From: a virus | Lineage: Duplodnaviria > Caudoviricetes | Virus record (IMG/VR): IMGVR_UViG_3300032236_000438 | Location: 1-63,753 of that record | Reading direction: 5' to 3' (one strand) | DNA: 63,753 nucleotides | Shown: positions 19,401-27,280 of the stretch, in pieces | Position numbering within the stretch: the first letter of the stretch is position 1 | How the letters are laid out: each line of letters opens with the position of its first letter | Made by a program: the position numbers and the translations under genes | Notes under the pieces: model-generated | Database searches by the model: none | What the model saw: the letters and a program-made list of their open reading frames with translations, nothing else | What the model was told of the DNA's origin: nothing

Positions 19401-19898
19401 ATGGCATCAGGTCCAACATACACTCTTATCGCAACCGCCAATGGTACTGCTTCAAGCGGATTAATTACCTTTACATCTATACCTTCATCTTATACTGATT
19501 TAGTAGTGGTCTGCTTAAACACAAATATATCGGCAGCAAATCTTTACGTAACTTTTAATGGTGATGCTGGAGCACATTACTCAGAAACATATTTTAATGG
19601 CAATGGTTCAAGTGCTATCTCTGGAAGAGACACAGTTCCGTACTTAAATAGAGCAACAACTATTGGAACAACACCTGTTCAAACCATCATTCAAATTATG
19701 AATTATGCTAATACTTCTTTTTATAAAACTGCTATTGCAAAGTTTGCAAACAGTTCTGCTGAAATAAATACTACCGCTATTCTTTACCGAGGCTCAACTG
19801 GTTCTTCAACAGAAGCAATTACTTCCATTCAATTAAACGGTACAACAGCGTTTACTACATTAAGTACATTTAGTCTGTACGGAATTGCGAGTGCATAA
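19401..19898 (+). CDS. Type-B paralog domain (triad 3)
   Basis: 'SIPSSYTDLVV...IQIMNYANTSFYKT...SLYGIASA'. Confidence 0.7.
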   Translation: MASGPTYTLIATANGTASSGLITFTSIPSSYTDLVVVCLNTNISAANLYVTFNGDAGAHYSETYFNGNGSSAISGRDTVPYLNRATTIGTTPVQTIIQIMNYANTSFYKTAIAKFANSSAEINTTAILYRGSTGSSTEAITSIQLNGTTAFTTLSTFSLYGIASA

Positions 19899-21232
19899 TG
19901 GCAAGTACATATACGCTTATTGAACGTGTGACTGTAGGAGCAGCTGGTTCTTATGGGGTTACCTTTAACAGTATTCCACAAACATATACAGATTTAGTAC
20001 TAAAAGTAAGTGCAAGAAGCAGTCGTGTTTCTTTTACTGATGAAACATTAATGACTATCACCGGTGCTTCTACTGGTTACTACGGAACTCAATTGTCTGG
20101 AAATGGTAGTTCAACAAGCAGTTATGCATTATCCAATGGAACTACATACATCAATCTTCTAACGATTCCTGGAGCAAGTCAATCCTCAAATACTTTTGGA
20201 AGTTACGAAATTTATTTTGCAAACTATACTTCTGGCAATAATAAAACTTGGAGCGTAGACATTGTTTCAGAAGACAATGCGACTGCTGCTTATGATGCTT
20301 TTCTTGCTGGATATGTAGCAAACAGTGCAGCTATTACCTCAATTAATTTTTCTCCAAGAATTGCTAGCTTTGTACAGGGTTCTACTTTTAGTTTGTACGG
20401 AATATCTAAAGCTTCAACAATGTCTGGTCAAGGATTCCCATACGCTACTGGTGGAGATATTATCCAAACAGATGGTACATATTGGTATCACGCATTCCTA
20501 ACTAGTGGAACATTTACTCCACAAAAATCTTTAAGCTGCGATGTTTTGATTGTTGGTGGAGGAGGCGGGGCATCGTCTCACCAAGGCGGTGGAGGTGGAG
20601 CAGGAGGAGTTTTAGCTGTTGCATCACAGAGCTTAAACTCCAATTCTGGTTATGGAGTTATTGTTGGTGCGGGTGGTACAGGAGCTTCTGATGTTGCTAC
20701 TTCAGGTGGTAATTCACAATTTGGTTCGTACACTGCTCTAGGTGGTGGTGCTGGTGGATTAATTTACTTAAATGGTACTGCTGGAGGCTCAGGTGGTGGT
20801 GCTGGCGGAGGAAACGTAGCATCGTATACAGGAGGCGCTGGCACAGCAGGTCAAGGTAACGCAGGTGGAAACAGTGCAACTGTTTGGTATGCCGGTGGTG
20901 GTGGAGGCGCCAGTGCAAATGGCGGTAACGCAACATCGTCTGTTGCAGGTGCTGGTGGGGCAGGAACAAACTCGGTAACTGGTTGGGGTGCACTTTCTAC
21001 AGCATTGACTACTACAGGTCTTGGAGTTAGTGGGTACATTGCTGGTGGTGGTGGTGGTGGGTCTAACTCTGCTACAAGTGGAACGGGCGGTTCAGGCGGT
21101 GGTGGTGCAGGCTCAACTAGCACAGGTACTGCGGGTACGCCAAATACAGGTTCAGGAGCAGGTGGCGGTGGAAATGGTGGCTCTGGGTCTAATGGCGGTT
21201 CTGGACTAGTAATAGTCAGGTATGCAGTCTAA
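19898..21232 (+). CDS. Type-C domain (triad 3) + glycine-rich fibre domain
   Basis: 'YTDLVLKVSARS...SLYGIS', then 'YWYHAFLTSGTF...VGGGGG...GGSGLVIVRY'. Confidence 0.7.
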   Translation: MASTYTLIERVTVGAAGSYGVTFNSIPQTYTDLVLKVSARSSRVSFTDETLMTITGASTGYYGTQLSGNGSSTSSYALSNGTTYINLLTIPGASQSSNTFGSYEIYFANYTSGNNKTWSVDIVSEDNATAAYDAFLAGYVANSAAITSINFSPRIASFVQGSTFSLYGISKASTMSGQGFPYATGGDIIQTDGTYWYHAFLTSGTFTPQKSLSCDVLIVGGGGGASSHQGGGGGAGGVLAVASQSLNSNSGYGVIVGAGGTGASDVATSGGNSQFGSYTALGGGAGGLIYLNGTAGGSGGGAGGGNVASYTGGAGTAGQGNAGGNSATVWYAGGGGGASANGGNATSSVAGAGGAGTNSVTGWGALSTALTTTGLGVSGYIAGGGGGGSNSATSGTGGSGGGGAGSTSTGTAGTPNTGSGAGGGGNGGSGSNGGSGLVIVRYAV

Positions 21233-21765
21233 TGAGAGGCTCCAAGGTTCAGGGGCGCTTTACTGTTGGCTTTGAAAATAAGTCTATTAACGAAGGCGTT
21301 GTTGACGAACTTCGTGACCCTGTAGGTTCCATCGTTGATTGGTGGCTTTGGGATGATGCCTATCTAAGCGCTCATCCAACTGATGTCTATGACGATACCT
21401 ACGATGTATCTAGCCAAACCCCAGGCAAAGGCCGTAGATGGAAAAACCCATTTAAGCTGCCTGTAATCATGGCCCAACAGCTACGTGGTACTAACATCAT
21501 GAATGAACGTGGTTTCTACACCACCGATACTTTGCGCCTAGTTATTTCGGTTTCTGATGTAGAACAATACCTTCCAGCAATGTTGGATAACCCCAACGTA
21601 CACATCAAAGACCGTGTAGTATTTCAGGGCGAAGTATTCATTCCTACACGAGTCCTCCCTCGTGGACGGTATGCCAATAACTACGCTGTTATAACCATTG
21701 ACCTAAACCAACTAAACCCAGAAGAACTTGTGAACGATTCACAGTTCGCCCAGTTTGCAAACTAA
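21232..21765 (+). CDS. Putative head-closure/stopper protein
   Basis: 177 aa, conserved-looking; 'DRVVFQGEVF' beta motif; lies between fibre and tail genes. Confidence 0.4.
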   Translation: MRGSKVQGRFTVGFENKSINEGVVDELRDPVGSIVDWWLWDDAYLSAHPTDVYDDTYDVSSQTPGKGRRWKNPFKLPVIMAQQLRGTNIMNERGFYTTDTLRLVISVSDVEQYLPAMLDNPNVHIKDRVVFQGEVFIPTRVLPRGRYANNYAVITIDLNQLNPEELVNDSQFAQFAN

Positions 21766-21777
21766 GAAAGGCTAGAC

Positions 21778-22011
21778 ATGACAGACAAGACAACACCAGC
21801 AGTAGAAGACACAACTGTTGAAGCTCCAGTAGCAGATGCTCCTGCAGAAGATGCAGCAACAGAAGACGCACCTCTTGATGAGTCACTCTTTGATGAGGAC
21901 TTTGACGAAGAAGACGACGAAGACGTTGACCTAGACGACGAAGATGAGGTAGATGATGAAGAAGATGACAGCGAAGAAGACATCACCAGCGAAGAAGACA
22001 GCGCCGAATAA
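21778..22011 (+). CDS. Highly acidic small protein
   Basis: 77 aa with a D/E-dominated C-terminal half; SD AAAGG. Confidence 0.65.
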   Translation: MTDKTTPAVEDTTVEAPVADAPAEDAATEDAPLDESLFDEDFDEEDDEDVDLDDEDEVDDEEDDSEEDITSEEDSAE

Positions 22012-22162
22012 AGGCAAAGTTGAAGTCGTTATGAAAGAGTACAAAGCTGGAAAGCTACACTCTGGAAAGCCAGGACCTGGCAAAGGCGGCGTCGTTACAA
22101 AAAAGTCACAAGCAATTGCTATCGCACTGAGCGAAGCAAATAAAGCAAAGAAGAAAAAGTAA
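21953..22162 (+). CDS. Small basic protein (DUF6496-like)
   Basis: 'KVEVVMKEYKAGKLHSG...SQAIAIALSEA'; start could be 21953, 21956 or 21965. Confidence 0.7.
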   Translation: MMKKMTAKKTSPAKKTAPNKGKVEVVMKEYKAGKLHSGKPGPGKGGVVTKKSQAIAIALSEANKAKKKK

Positions 22163-22174
22163 TGGACCATCCAT

Positions 22175-22208
22175 TTAGGTTAGGGCAGGAACACCTGCCC
22201 TTTCCTAA
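22175..22208 (+). other. Intergenic stem-loop
   Basis: TTAGG-TT-AGGGCAGG-AACA-CCTGCCCT-TT-CCTAA, immediately before SD GGAGG. Confidence 0.6.
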
Positions 22209-22227
22209 CGGAGGAGGATTGAAATCT

Positions 22228-22374
22228 ATGGCAAGTAAGACACCACAGTCTCAGCAATTAGAAGTTGAAGCTTTGGAAGCAAAGCACAAAGTTGAACTTG
22301 CTAAGCTCAAAGAGAAGCATGCTTCGGCAAATAAGCCAAAGCCTATTTCAGTAAAGGCGAAGAAGAATGGCTAA
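22228..22374 (+). CDS. Small basic protein
   Basis: The ATG at 22228 has a GGAGG SD; the ATG at 22162 would read through the hairpin. Confidence 0.55.
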   Translation: MASKTPQSQQLEVEALEAKHKVELAKLKEKHASANKPKPISVKAKKNG

Positions 22375-22558
22375 GACATTTAAAGCAGATGGCGAAAAGC
22401 ACACTGTCAAGAAGAACAGTAAAGGCGATGTCATTGTTGACCATGCCGGAAACAAAGGCAAGTGGGACAAGATTAACCTCACCAAAAAAGCTGGTGCTAA
22501 GAACATTTCACAGGGCGTAAAAGCAGTTAAAAAATATCACCGAACGACAGGAAAGTAA
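22367..22558 (+). CDS. Small Lys-rich protein
   Basis: 63 aa, overlaps the upstream gene. Confidence 0.6.
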   Translation: MAKTFKADGEKHTVKKNSKGDVIVDHAGNKGKWDKINLTKKAGAKNISQGVKAVKKYHRTTGK

Positions 22559-22559
22559 C

Positions 22560-22868
22560 ATGGCATCAGAAGCATGGCAAACTAAAAAAGGTAAGAATAA
22601 AAAGGGCGGACTTAATGCAGAAGGCCGTAAGTCTTACGAGCGTTCTCATCCTGGTTCTGACTTAAAAGCTCCAGTAAAGTCTGGCGACAATCCTCGTCGT
22701 GCTTCGTTCCTTGCCCGCATGGGTAACATGCCAGGACCAGAGCGTAAGCCAAATGGTGAGCCAACACGTCTTCTCCTTTCATTGCAGGCATGGGGCGCAT
22801 CTTCAAAGGCTGATGCCAAGAGCAAAGCTGCTGCGATGTCTAAGCGACTAAAGAATAAGAAAAAGTAA
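22560..22868 (+). CDS. Small basic protein (DUF6321-like)
   Basis: 'AWQ..KGKNKKGGLNAEGRKSY...LKAPV...RRASFLARM...SLQAWG'. Confidence 0.7.
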   Translation: MASEAWQTKKGKNKKGGLNAEGRKSYERSHPGSDLKAPVKSGDNPRRASFLARMGNMPGPERKPNGEPTRLLLSLQAWGASSKADAKSKAAAMSKRLKNKKK

Positions 22869-23057
22869 ATGCCTACCAAGAAAACAAAGTCCAAGGTAAA
22901 CGAGGCAGGTAACTACACCAAGCCTGGTATGAGAAAGTCTTTGTTCAATAAGATTAAGGCTGGTTCTAAGGGTGGAGACCCTGGAGAATGGTCAGCTAGA
23001 AAAGCTCAGCTCCTTGCTTCTGAGTACAAGAAAGCAGGGGGAGGGTACAAGAACTAA
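22869..23057 (+). CDS. Small basic protein (DUF5872-like N-half)
   Basis: 'NYTKPGMRK...IKAGSKGG.PGEWSARKAQLLA.EYKKAGGGYK'. Confidence 0.65.
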   Translation: MPTKKTKSKVNEAGNYTKPGMRKSLFNKIKAGSKGGDPGEWSARKAQLLASEYKKAGGGYKN

Positions 23058-23293
23058 TGGCTCTTGCAAAATCCCAGCAATCGCTCAAGAAGTGGACCAA
23101 CGAGAAGTGGAAAACTTCAGACGGCTCACCTTCAAAAGGCAATAAGCGTTACTTACCTGAAAAAGCATGGGATGCTTTATCTCCTGGAGAAAAAGCTTCT
23201 ACCAATCGGGCTAAAAAAGAAGGCAATAAAAAAGGTAAGCAATTTGTCCAGCAACCAAAGAAGATTGCAAAGAAAACCGCTAACTACCGATAG
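23057..23293 (+). CDS. Small basic protein (DUF5872-like C-half)
   Basis: 'SQQSLKKWT.EKW.T...RYLP.KAW..LS..EK..TNRAKK.G...GKQFV.QP'. Confidence 0.65.
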   Translation: MALAKSQQSLKKWTNEKWKTSDGSPSKGNKRYLPEKAWDALSPGEKASTNRAKKEGNKKGKQFVQQPKKIAKKTANYR

Positions 23294-23301
23294 GAGAACC
23301 C

Positions 23302-23406
23302 ATGTGCGCTAAGTGTGGATGTGGATGTAAAGCTGGCAAGCCAGCAAAAGGATGCAAGTGCACCTGTGCAACTTGCAAAGCTGCTCGTGCAAAGAAGGTT
23401 AAATAA
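23302..23406 (+). CDS. 34-aa metallothionein-like Cys/Lys peptide (not in ORF track)
   Basis: SD AGGAG; MCAKCGCGCKAGKPAKGCKCTCATCKAARAKKVK, 8 Cys. Confidence 0.7.
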   Translation: MCAKCGCGCKAGKPAKGCKCTCATCKAARAKKVK

Positions 23407-23576
23407 TGTGTATGTCATGTGGTTGCGGGAAAAAGAAAGGTCAACCTGGCTACGGAAAAGGTAAGCCAGCTAAAAAGACCATGTCTCCAAAGCAAAAGAA
23501 GCTTGCTGGTGCTGCTGCTCCAGCAGACAAAATTACTGGCGCTGATTTCAAGGCGTTAAAGAAGAAAGCCAAATAA
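23406..23576 (+). CDS. 56-aa basic peptide with N-terminal CxxCGCG (not in ORF track)
   Basis: TAATG coupling; MCMSCGCGKKKG...DKITGADFKALKKKAK. Confidence 0.7.
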   Translation: MCMSCGCGKKKGQPGYGKGKPAKKTMSPKQKKLAGAAAPADKITGADFKALKKKAK

Positions 23577-23578
23577 CT

Positions 23579-24331
23579 ATGGCAATGATGAACCCTGCTC
23601 AGTTTGGTAACGTGCCTTCAGGTTCTGCACCTGCACGAAACATTCCAGGATGGCCTGGTACCTTCAATCAACCAAGCAGTGGTGGAGCACCTAAGCCAGC
23701 TCTAAACATTCCTGGTTGGCCTGGAACCTTTGGTAGTTCAGCTGCTCCTAAGCCCTCTGCTCCTTCTGCAGGTTCTGCACCAGCAAGAAATATTCCTGGT
23801 TGGCCTGGAACATTCCAACAGCCAAGTGCTCCAAAGAACCCAGCACTTAATATTCCTGGATGGCCTGGAACGTTTGGTGGTAAAGCTTCTCCTGCTGCTC
23901 CTTCAACTCCAGCAAGTTCTGCGTACACAATTCAGCGTGGAGATAACCTAAGCTCTATTGCTGCTTCTCATGGAACAACTCTTGGAGCTCTTCGTTCAGC
24001 TAACCCACAGTTTGCTTCTAACCCTAAGTACAACAACGGCAATATGATTTTTGCTGGTGGTAAGGTCAACATTCCTGGAGCTTCATCTATGCTCAATAAC
24101 CAGCAGATGAAGAACGCTGCTCCTGCAGCACCTTCAGTACCACGTCCTAATCCTATGACTGCTGGAACACCTCGCCTTGGTGGGGCTATGACTCCTGCTC
24201 CTGCTGCTCCATCTGCCCCTAGTATGGGTATGATGAACAACGTTCAAAAGATGCCTTACACAGGTGGCGGTTCTATTGCCCCAATCCCTAACCAGATGCT
24301 AGGCAATAAGCCAACCATTCAACCCCTCTAA
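23579..24331 (+). CDS. LysM-domain protein with four NIPGWPGTF repeats
   Basis: LysM 'YTIQRGDNLSSIAASHGTTLGALRSANP...IFAGGKVNIP'; Pro/Ala-rich flanks. Confidence 0.8.
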   Translation: MAMMNPAQFGNVPSGSAPARNIPGWPGTFNQPSSGGAPKPALNIPGWPGTFGSSAAPKPSAPSAGSAPARNIPGWPGTFQQPSAPKNPALNIPGWPGTFGGKASPAAPSTPASSAYTIQRGDNLSSIAASHGTTLGALRSANPQFASNPKYNNGNMIFAGGKVNIPGASSMLNNQQMKNAAPAAPSVPRPNPMTAGTPRLGGAMTPAPAAPSAPSMGMMNNVQKMPYTGGGSIAPIPNQMLGNKPTIQPL

Positions 24332-24340
24332 GGAGAACAG

Positions 24341-24553
24341 ATGAAGAAGAAAGATTCAGACGCAGCACAAGATGCCAAGGTCATGAAGAACATGACTCCA
24401 GCACAGATGGTTGCTTTTAAAAAGGGTGACAAGAAGATGGACAAGGACAAGACAATGTCTCGTTCCGAAGACACGGCTAAGGACAAAACGTTAGCTAAAA
24501 AGATTAAGAAAGAAGTACCTGCCAAAAAGAAAAAGGCAGAGAAAAAGAAGTAA
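24341..24553 (+). CDS. Small Lys/Asp-rich protein
   Basis: SD AAGGAG; 70 aa. Confidence 0.65.
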   Translation: MKKKDSDAAQDAKVMKNMTPAQMVAFKKGDKKMDKDKTMSRSEDTAKDKTLAKKIKKEVPAKKKKAEKKK

Positions 24554-24559
24554 GAGATT

Positions 24560-24586
24560 GCCCCACAAATGTGGGGCTTTTTCTTT
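24560..24586 (+). terminator. Rho-independent terminator
   Basis: GCCCCAC-AAAT-GTGGGGC followed by TTTTTCTTT. Confidence 0.8.
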
Positions 24587-24694
24587 ATCATTGCTGTATC
24601 GGGAGTTCGTGCGAACCCTGTGCAGTCCCACTGCTTGCGCTTTGTTAGGGGTCTTACTCATGCTGTCTTTGCCTACCCAGATGGTGGCTTAACC

Positions 24695-25012
24695 ATGAAA
24701 GAAATTAAAGACTTCCACAGCGCACTATCTAAAGCAACCAAAGACACAACACATTTTATGTCTGCTCATCTGCGTTCTGAAGCAGAGGCAAGTGGTTGGC
24801 CTTCTCACGTTGTACGTGGTTTACACGTTAAGTACGAGGACAATAAGTTCCAAGCCCATGTTGCTGACCGCCATGTTGCTGAGGCCAAGAACCTTGAGTA
24901 CGGCACTCCTAGCACTCAGCCTACCGCTGCAGTTCGTCGCTTTGCTAACCGTCCAGAAGAATCTGGCAAGTTCCTTGTAGGCCGCCTATCGCACCACCTA
25001 GGAGAGCTATGA
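24695..25012 (+). CDS. Neck/tail-completion protein (HK97 gp10-like)
   Basis: 'LEYGTPS.QP...RRF' motif; ATG at 24695 preferred. Confidence 0.5.
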   Translation: MKEIKDFHSALSKATKDTTHFMSAHLRSEAEASGWPSHVVRGLHVKYEDNKFQAHVADRHVAEAKNLEYGTPSTQPTAAVRRFANRPEESGKFLVGRLSHHLGEL

Positions 25013-25698
25013 CATTCATTCTTTCTGAAGATAAGGCTCTTCGTGACCTTCTTAAGGGTATGAAGGTTACAGACCAGAAAGCCGATGGAGGCACTGGCGC
25101 TCTTCGTAATGTGGACGTTTGGTTTGGTCAACCTGACCAAGAAATCCGTGCTCAGTCTTATCCTTACATCACCATTGATTTGATTGATATCTCTGAAGAC
25201 TTCCAACGTGCGATGCGTGGAAAAGTTAAGCCTGCATATCTTCCAGACCCACAGAACATGCCTCCAGTAAATGAAGGCGATGACCCAACAGCGTATGACC
25301 CAGAGCTTAATAACTGGTCTATCCATATGCCAATCCCAGTTAACATTGATTATCAGATTACTGTTTACTCACGTCAACCACGTCATGACCGTGAGTTAAT
25401 AGCGCAAATTCTTTACAAGAAGATTCCATTGCGCTTTGCAATCCTAGAGCCAGATGATGGCACTGTACGACGTTTAGATGTGCTGGATGTCTCCAAGAGA
25501 GATGTTACAGAACAAGGAAAGCGCCTATTCGTAAACACTCTTACAGTAAGAGTTTCTTCGGAGATTGCGCCAGAAACATATACCCAAGTATACAAAGCGT
25601 TGCAAGTATCGGTTGAAGGCACGGAAGGTGTGGCTGCTCCTGGAGCAACTACAAATCCTTTCACTGCCATAAATTCGTTCACTATCTCGTCACAATAA
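25009..25698 (+). CDS. Tail terminator/completion protein
   Basis: 'YPYITIDLIDI', 'PVNIDYQITVYSR'; directly upstream of the sheath gene. Confidence 0.6.
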   Translation: MTFILSEDKALRDLLKGMKVTDQKADGGTGALRNVDVWFGQPDQEIRAQSYPYITIDLIDISEDFQRAMRGKVKPAYLPDPQNMPPVNEGDDPTAYDPELNNWSIHMPIPVNIDYQITVYSRQPRHDRELIAQILYKKIPLRFAILEPDDGTVRRLDVLDVSKRDVTEQGKRLFVNTLTVRVSSEIAPETYTQVYKALQVSVEGTEGVAAPGATTNPFTAINSFTISSQ

Positions 25699-25732
25699 CA
25701 AACCCCTACCAAACAACTAGTTAGGAGAAAAA

Positions 25733-27262
25733 ATGGCATACGCCCGTCCTGGTGTGTACATCACCGAACGTCTGCTTCCACCAGTACTCCAAGGAGGAGT
25801 AACTGCGGATGCAGCTGGAGCCGTTGTTGCGTCATTCGCACAAGGCCCAGAAGCTGTAACTCGTGTTCAGTCTTGGTATGAGTTCACCTCATATTTTGGC
25901 GGATACAACGCTGCTTACCCAGCAACCTTTGAAGTTGGAGCTTTCTTCAACAACGGAGGTAAAGAGCTCTATGTAAAGCGCATCCTTCACTCAGATGCTT
26001 CACCATCTACTGTCAACCTTCTTACCTCTTCAAGCGCTACAGTAGCAACTGTAACCTCAAAGAACTCTGGAACAGACAGCAACAAGCTTTACATCAAGGC
26101 AACTGCAGGTCAAGTTTCAGGAACATACACCTTGTATCTCTACAAGGATTCTGGTGTTGCTGATAGCTTTGCATCGCCTTCTGCTCCAACAAACACCAAT
26201 GATGACCTTCTTCTTGAGCGTTATGAGAACATCGTATTTGATGACCCAACCTCAAGCAGCTTTGCAGAAACAGTAATCAACACTGTTTCTCCAAACATCA
26301 CAATCAGTGCTAGCGCATCAGGAACACTTGCAACCACTAACTTCTACCCACTAACAGGTGGAAGCAATGGAACTGCAGTTGTTGCTGCTGACTACACAGC
26401 GTACAAGGGTGGAAGCACATCAGTATTTGAAAGCTTCTCAGCATTGGACCGTCCACTCGTAATCTTCCTTCCAGATGCAAGCTCTCTCACAAGTTCAGCA
26501 GGCATCTACACAGCTGCTGCTTCATGGGCTTCAGCAAACAAGTCATTTGTTATTGTTCAACCTCCAAAGGGTTCAGCAGTCTCAGATGCAATCAGCTATG
26601 GTTCAAGCGTAGGAACAAGCAGCTACTCAGCTACTTACTACCCATGGCTCTACATTGCAGACCCAGTCGGTCGTAGCTCAGCATCACTTCGTTTGATTGG
26701 ACCTTCTGGCGCAGTTGCCGGATTGTTCATCAAGACAGACGGCAACCGTGGAGTGTTCAAGGCACCTGCAGGTATCGGTGTTGCGGTTACTGGCGTAGTT
26801 GCAGTTGAGAAGTCATTTACTTCTGCTGACCTTGACAACATGAACTCAAGCAACACCCCTGTTAACCCAATCCGTCAGATTCCTGGCGCTGGTCTTTCAG
26901 TCATGGGTGCTCGTACATTGCTTCAAGATGGAACAGCAAACAAGTATGTCAACATGCGTCGCTCTCTTAACTACCTTGAGAAGCAACTCAACAACCTTAC
27001 TCAGTTTGCTATCTTTGAAAACAATGATGAAAACTTGTGGGCACAAATCCGCACAACCATCAACGTGTTCTTGAACGATTACAAGAACAAGGGTGGTCTT
27101 CGTGGTGCTACTGCTTCACAGGCATACTTCATCAAGTGCGATGCAGAGAACAACAATGCAACAACAATCGCAAATGGCGAAGTACATATTCAAGTTGGCG
27201 TGGCTCTCCAGTATCCTGCAGAGTTCATTGTCATTGACCTAAGTCAAAAGACTCTGGTCTAA
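25733..27262 (+). CDS. Contractile tail sheath protein
   Basis: 'RPGVYITE', 'FFNNGG', 'YYPW', 'PSGAVAG', 'KAPAG', 'GARTL', 'YVNMRR', 'PAEFIVI'. Confidence 0.95.
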   Translation: MAYARPGVYITERLLPPVLQGGVTADAAGAVVASFAQGPEAVTRVQSWYEFTSYFGGYNAAYPATFEVGAFFNNGGKELYVKRILHSDASPSTVNLLTSSSATVATVTSKNSGTDSNKLYIKATAGQVSGTYTLYLYKDSGVADSFASPSAPTNTNDDLLLERYENIVFDDPTSSSFAETVINTVSPNITISASASGTLATTNFYPLTGGSNGTAVVAADYTAYKGGSTSVFESFSALDRPLVIFLPDASSLTSSAGIYTAAASWASANKSFVIVQPPKGSAVSDAISYGSSVGTSSYSATYYPWLYIADPVGRSSASLRLIGPSGAVAGLFIKTDGNRGVFKAPAGIGVAVTGVVAVEKSFTSADLDNMNSSNTPVNPIRQIPGAGLSVMGARTLLQDGTANKYVNMRRSLNYLEKQLNNLTQFAIFENNDENLWAQIRTTINVFLNDYKNKGGLRGATASQAYFIKCDAENNNATTIANGEVHIQVGVALQYPAEFIVIDLSQKTLV

Positions 27263-27280
27263 GGCCGAAGGAGATAACTA

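Noticed and set aside
24590-24694. tRNA gene suggested by GTTCG
   Set aside because: No cloverleaf, acceptor stem or properly placed T-loop could be built
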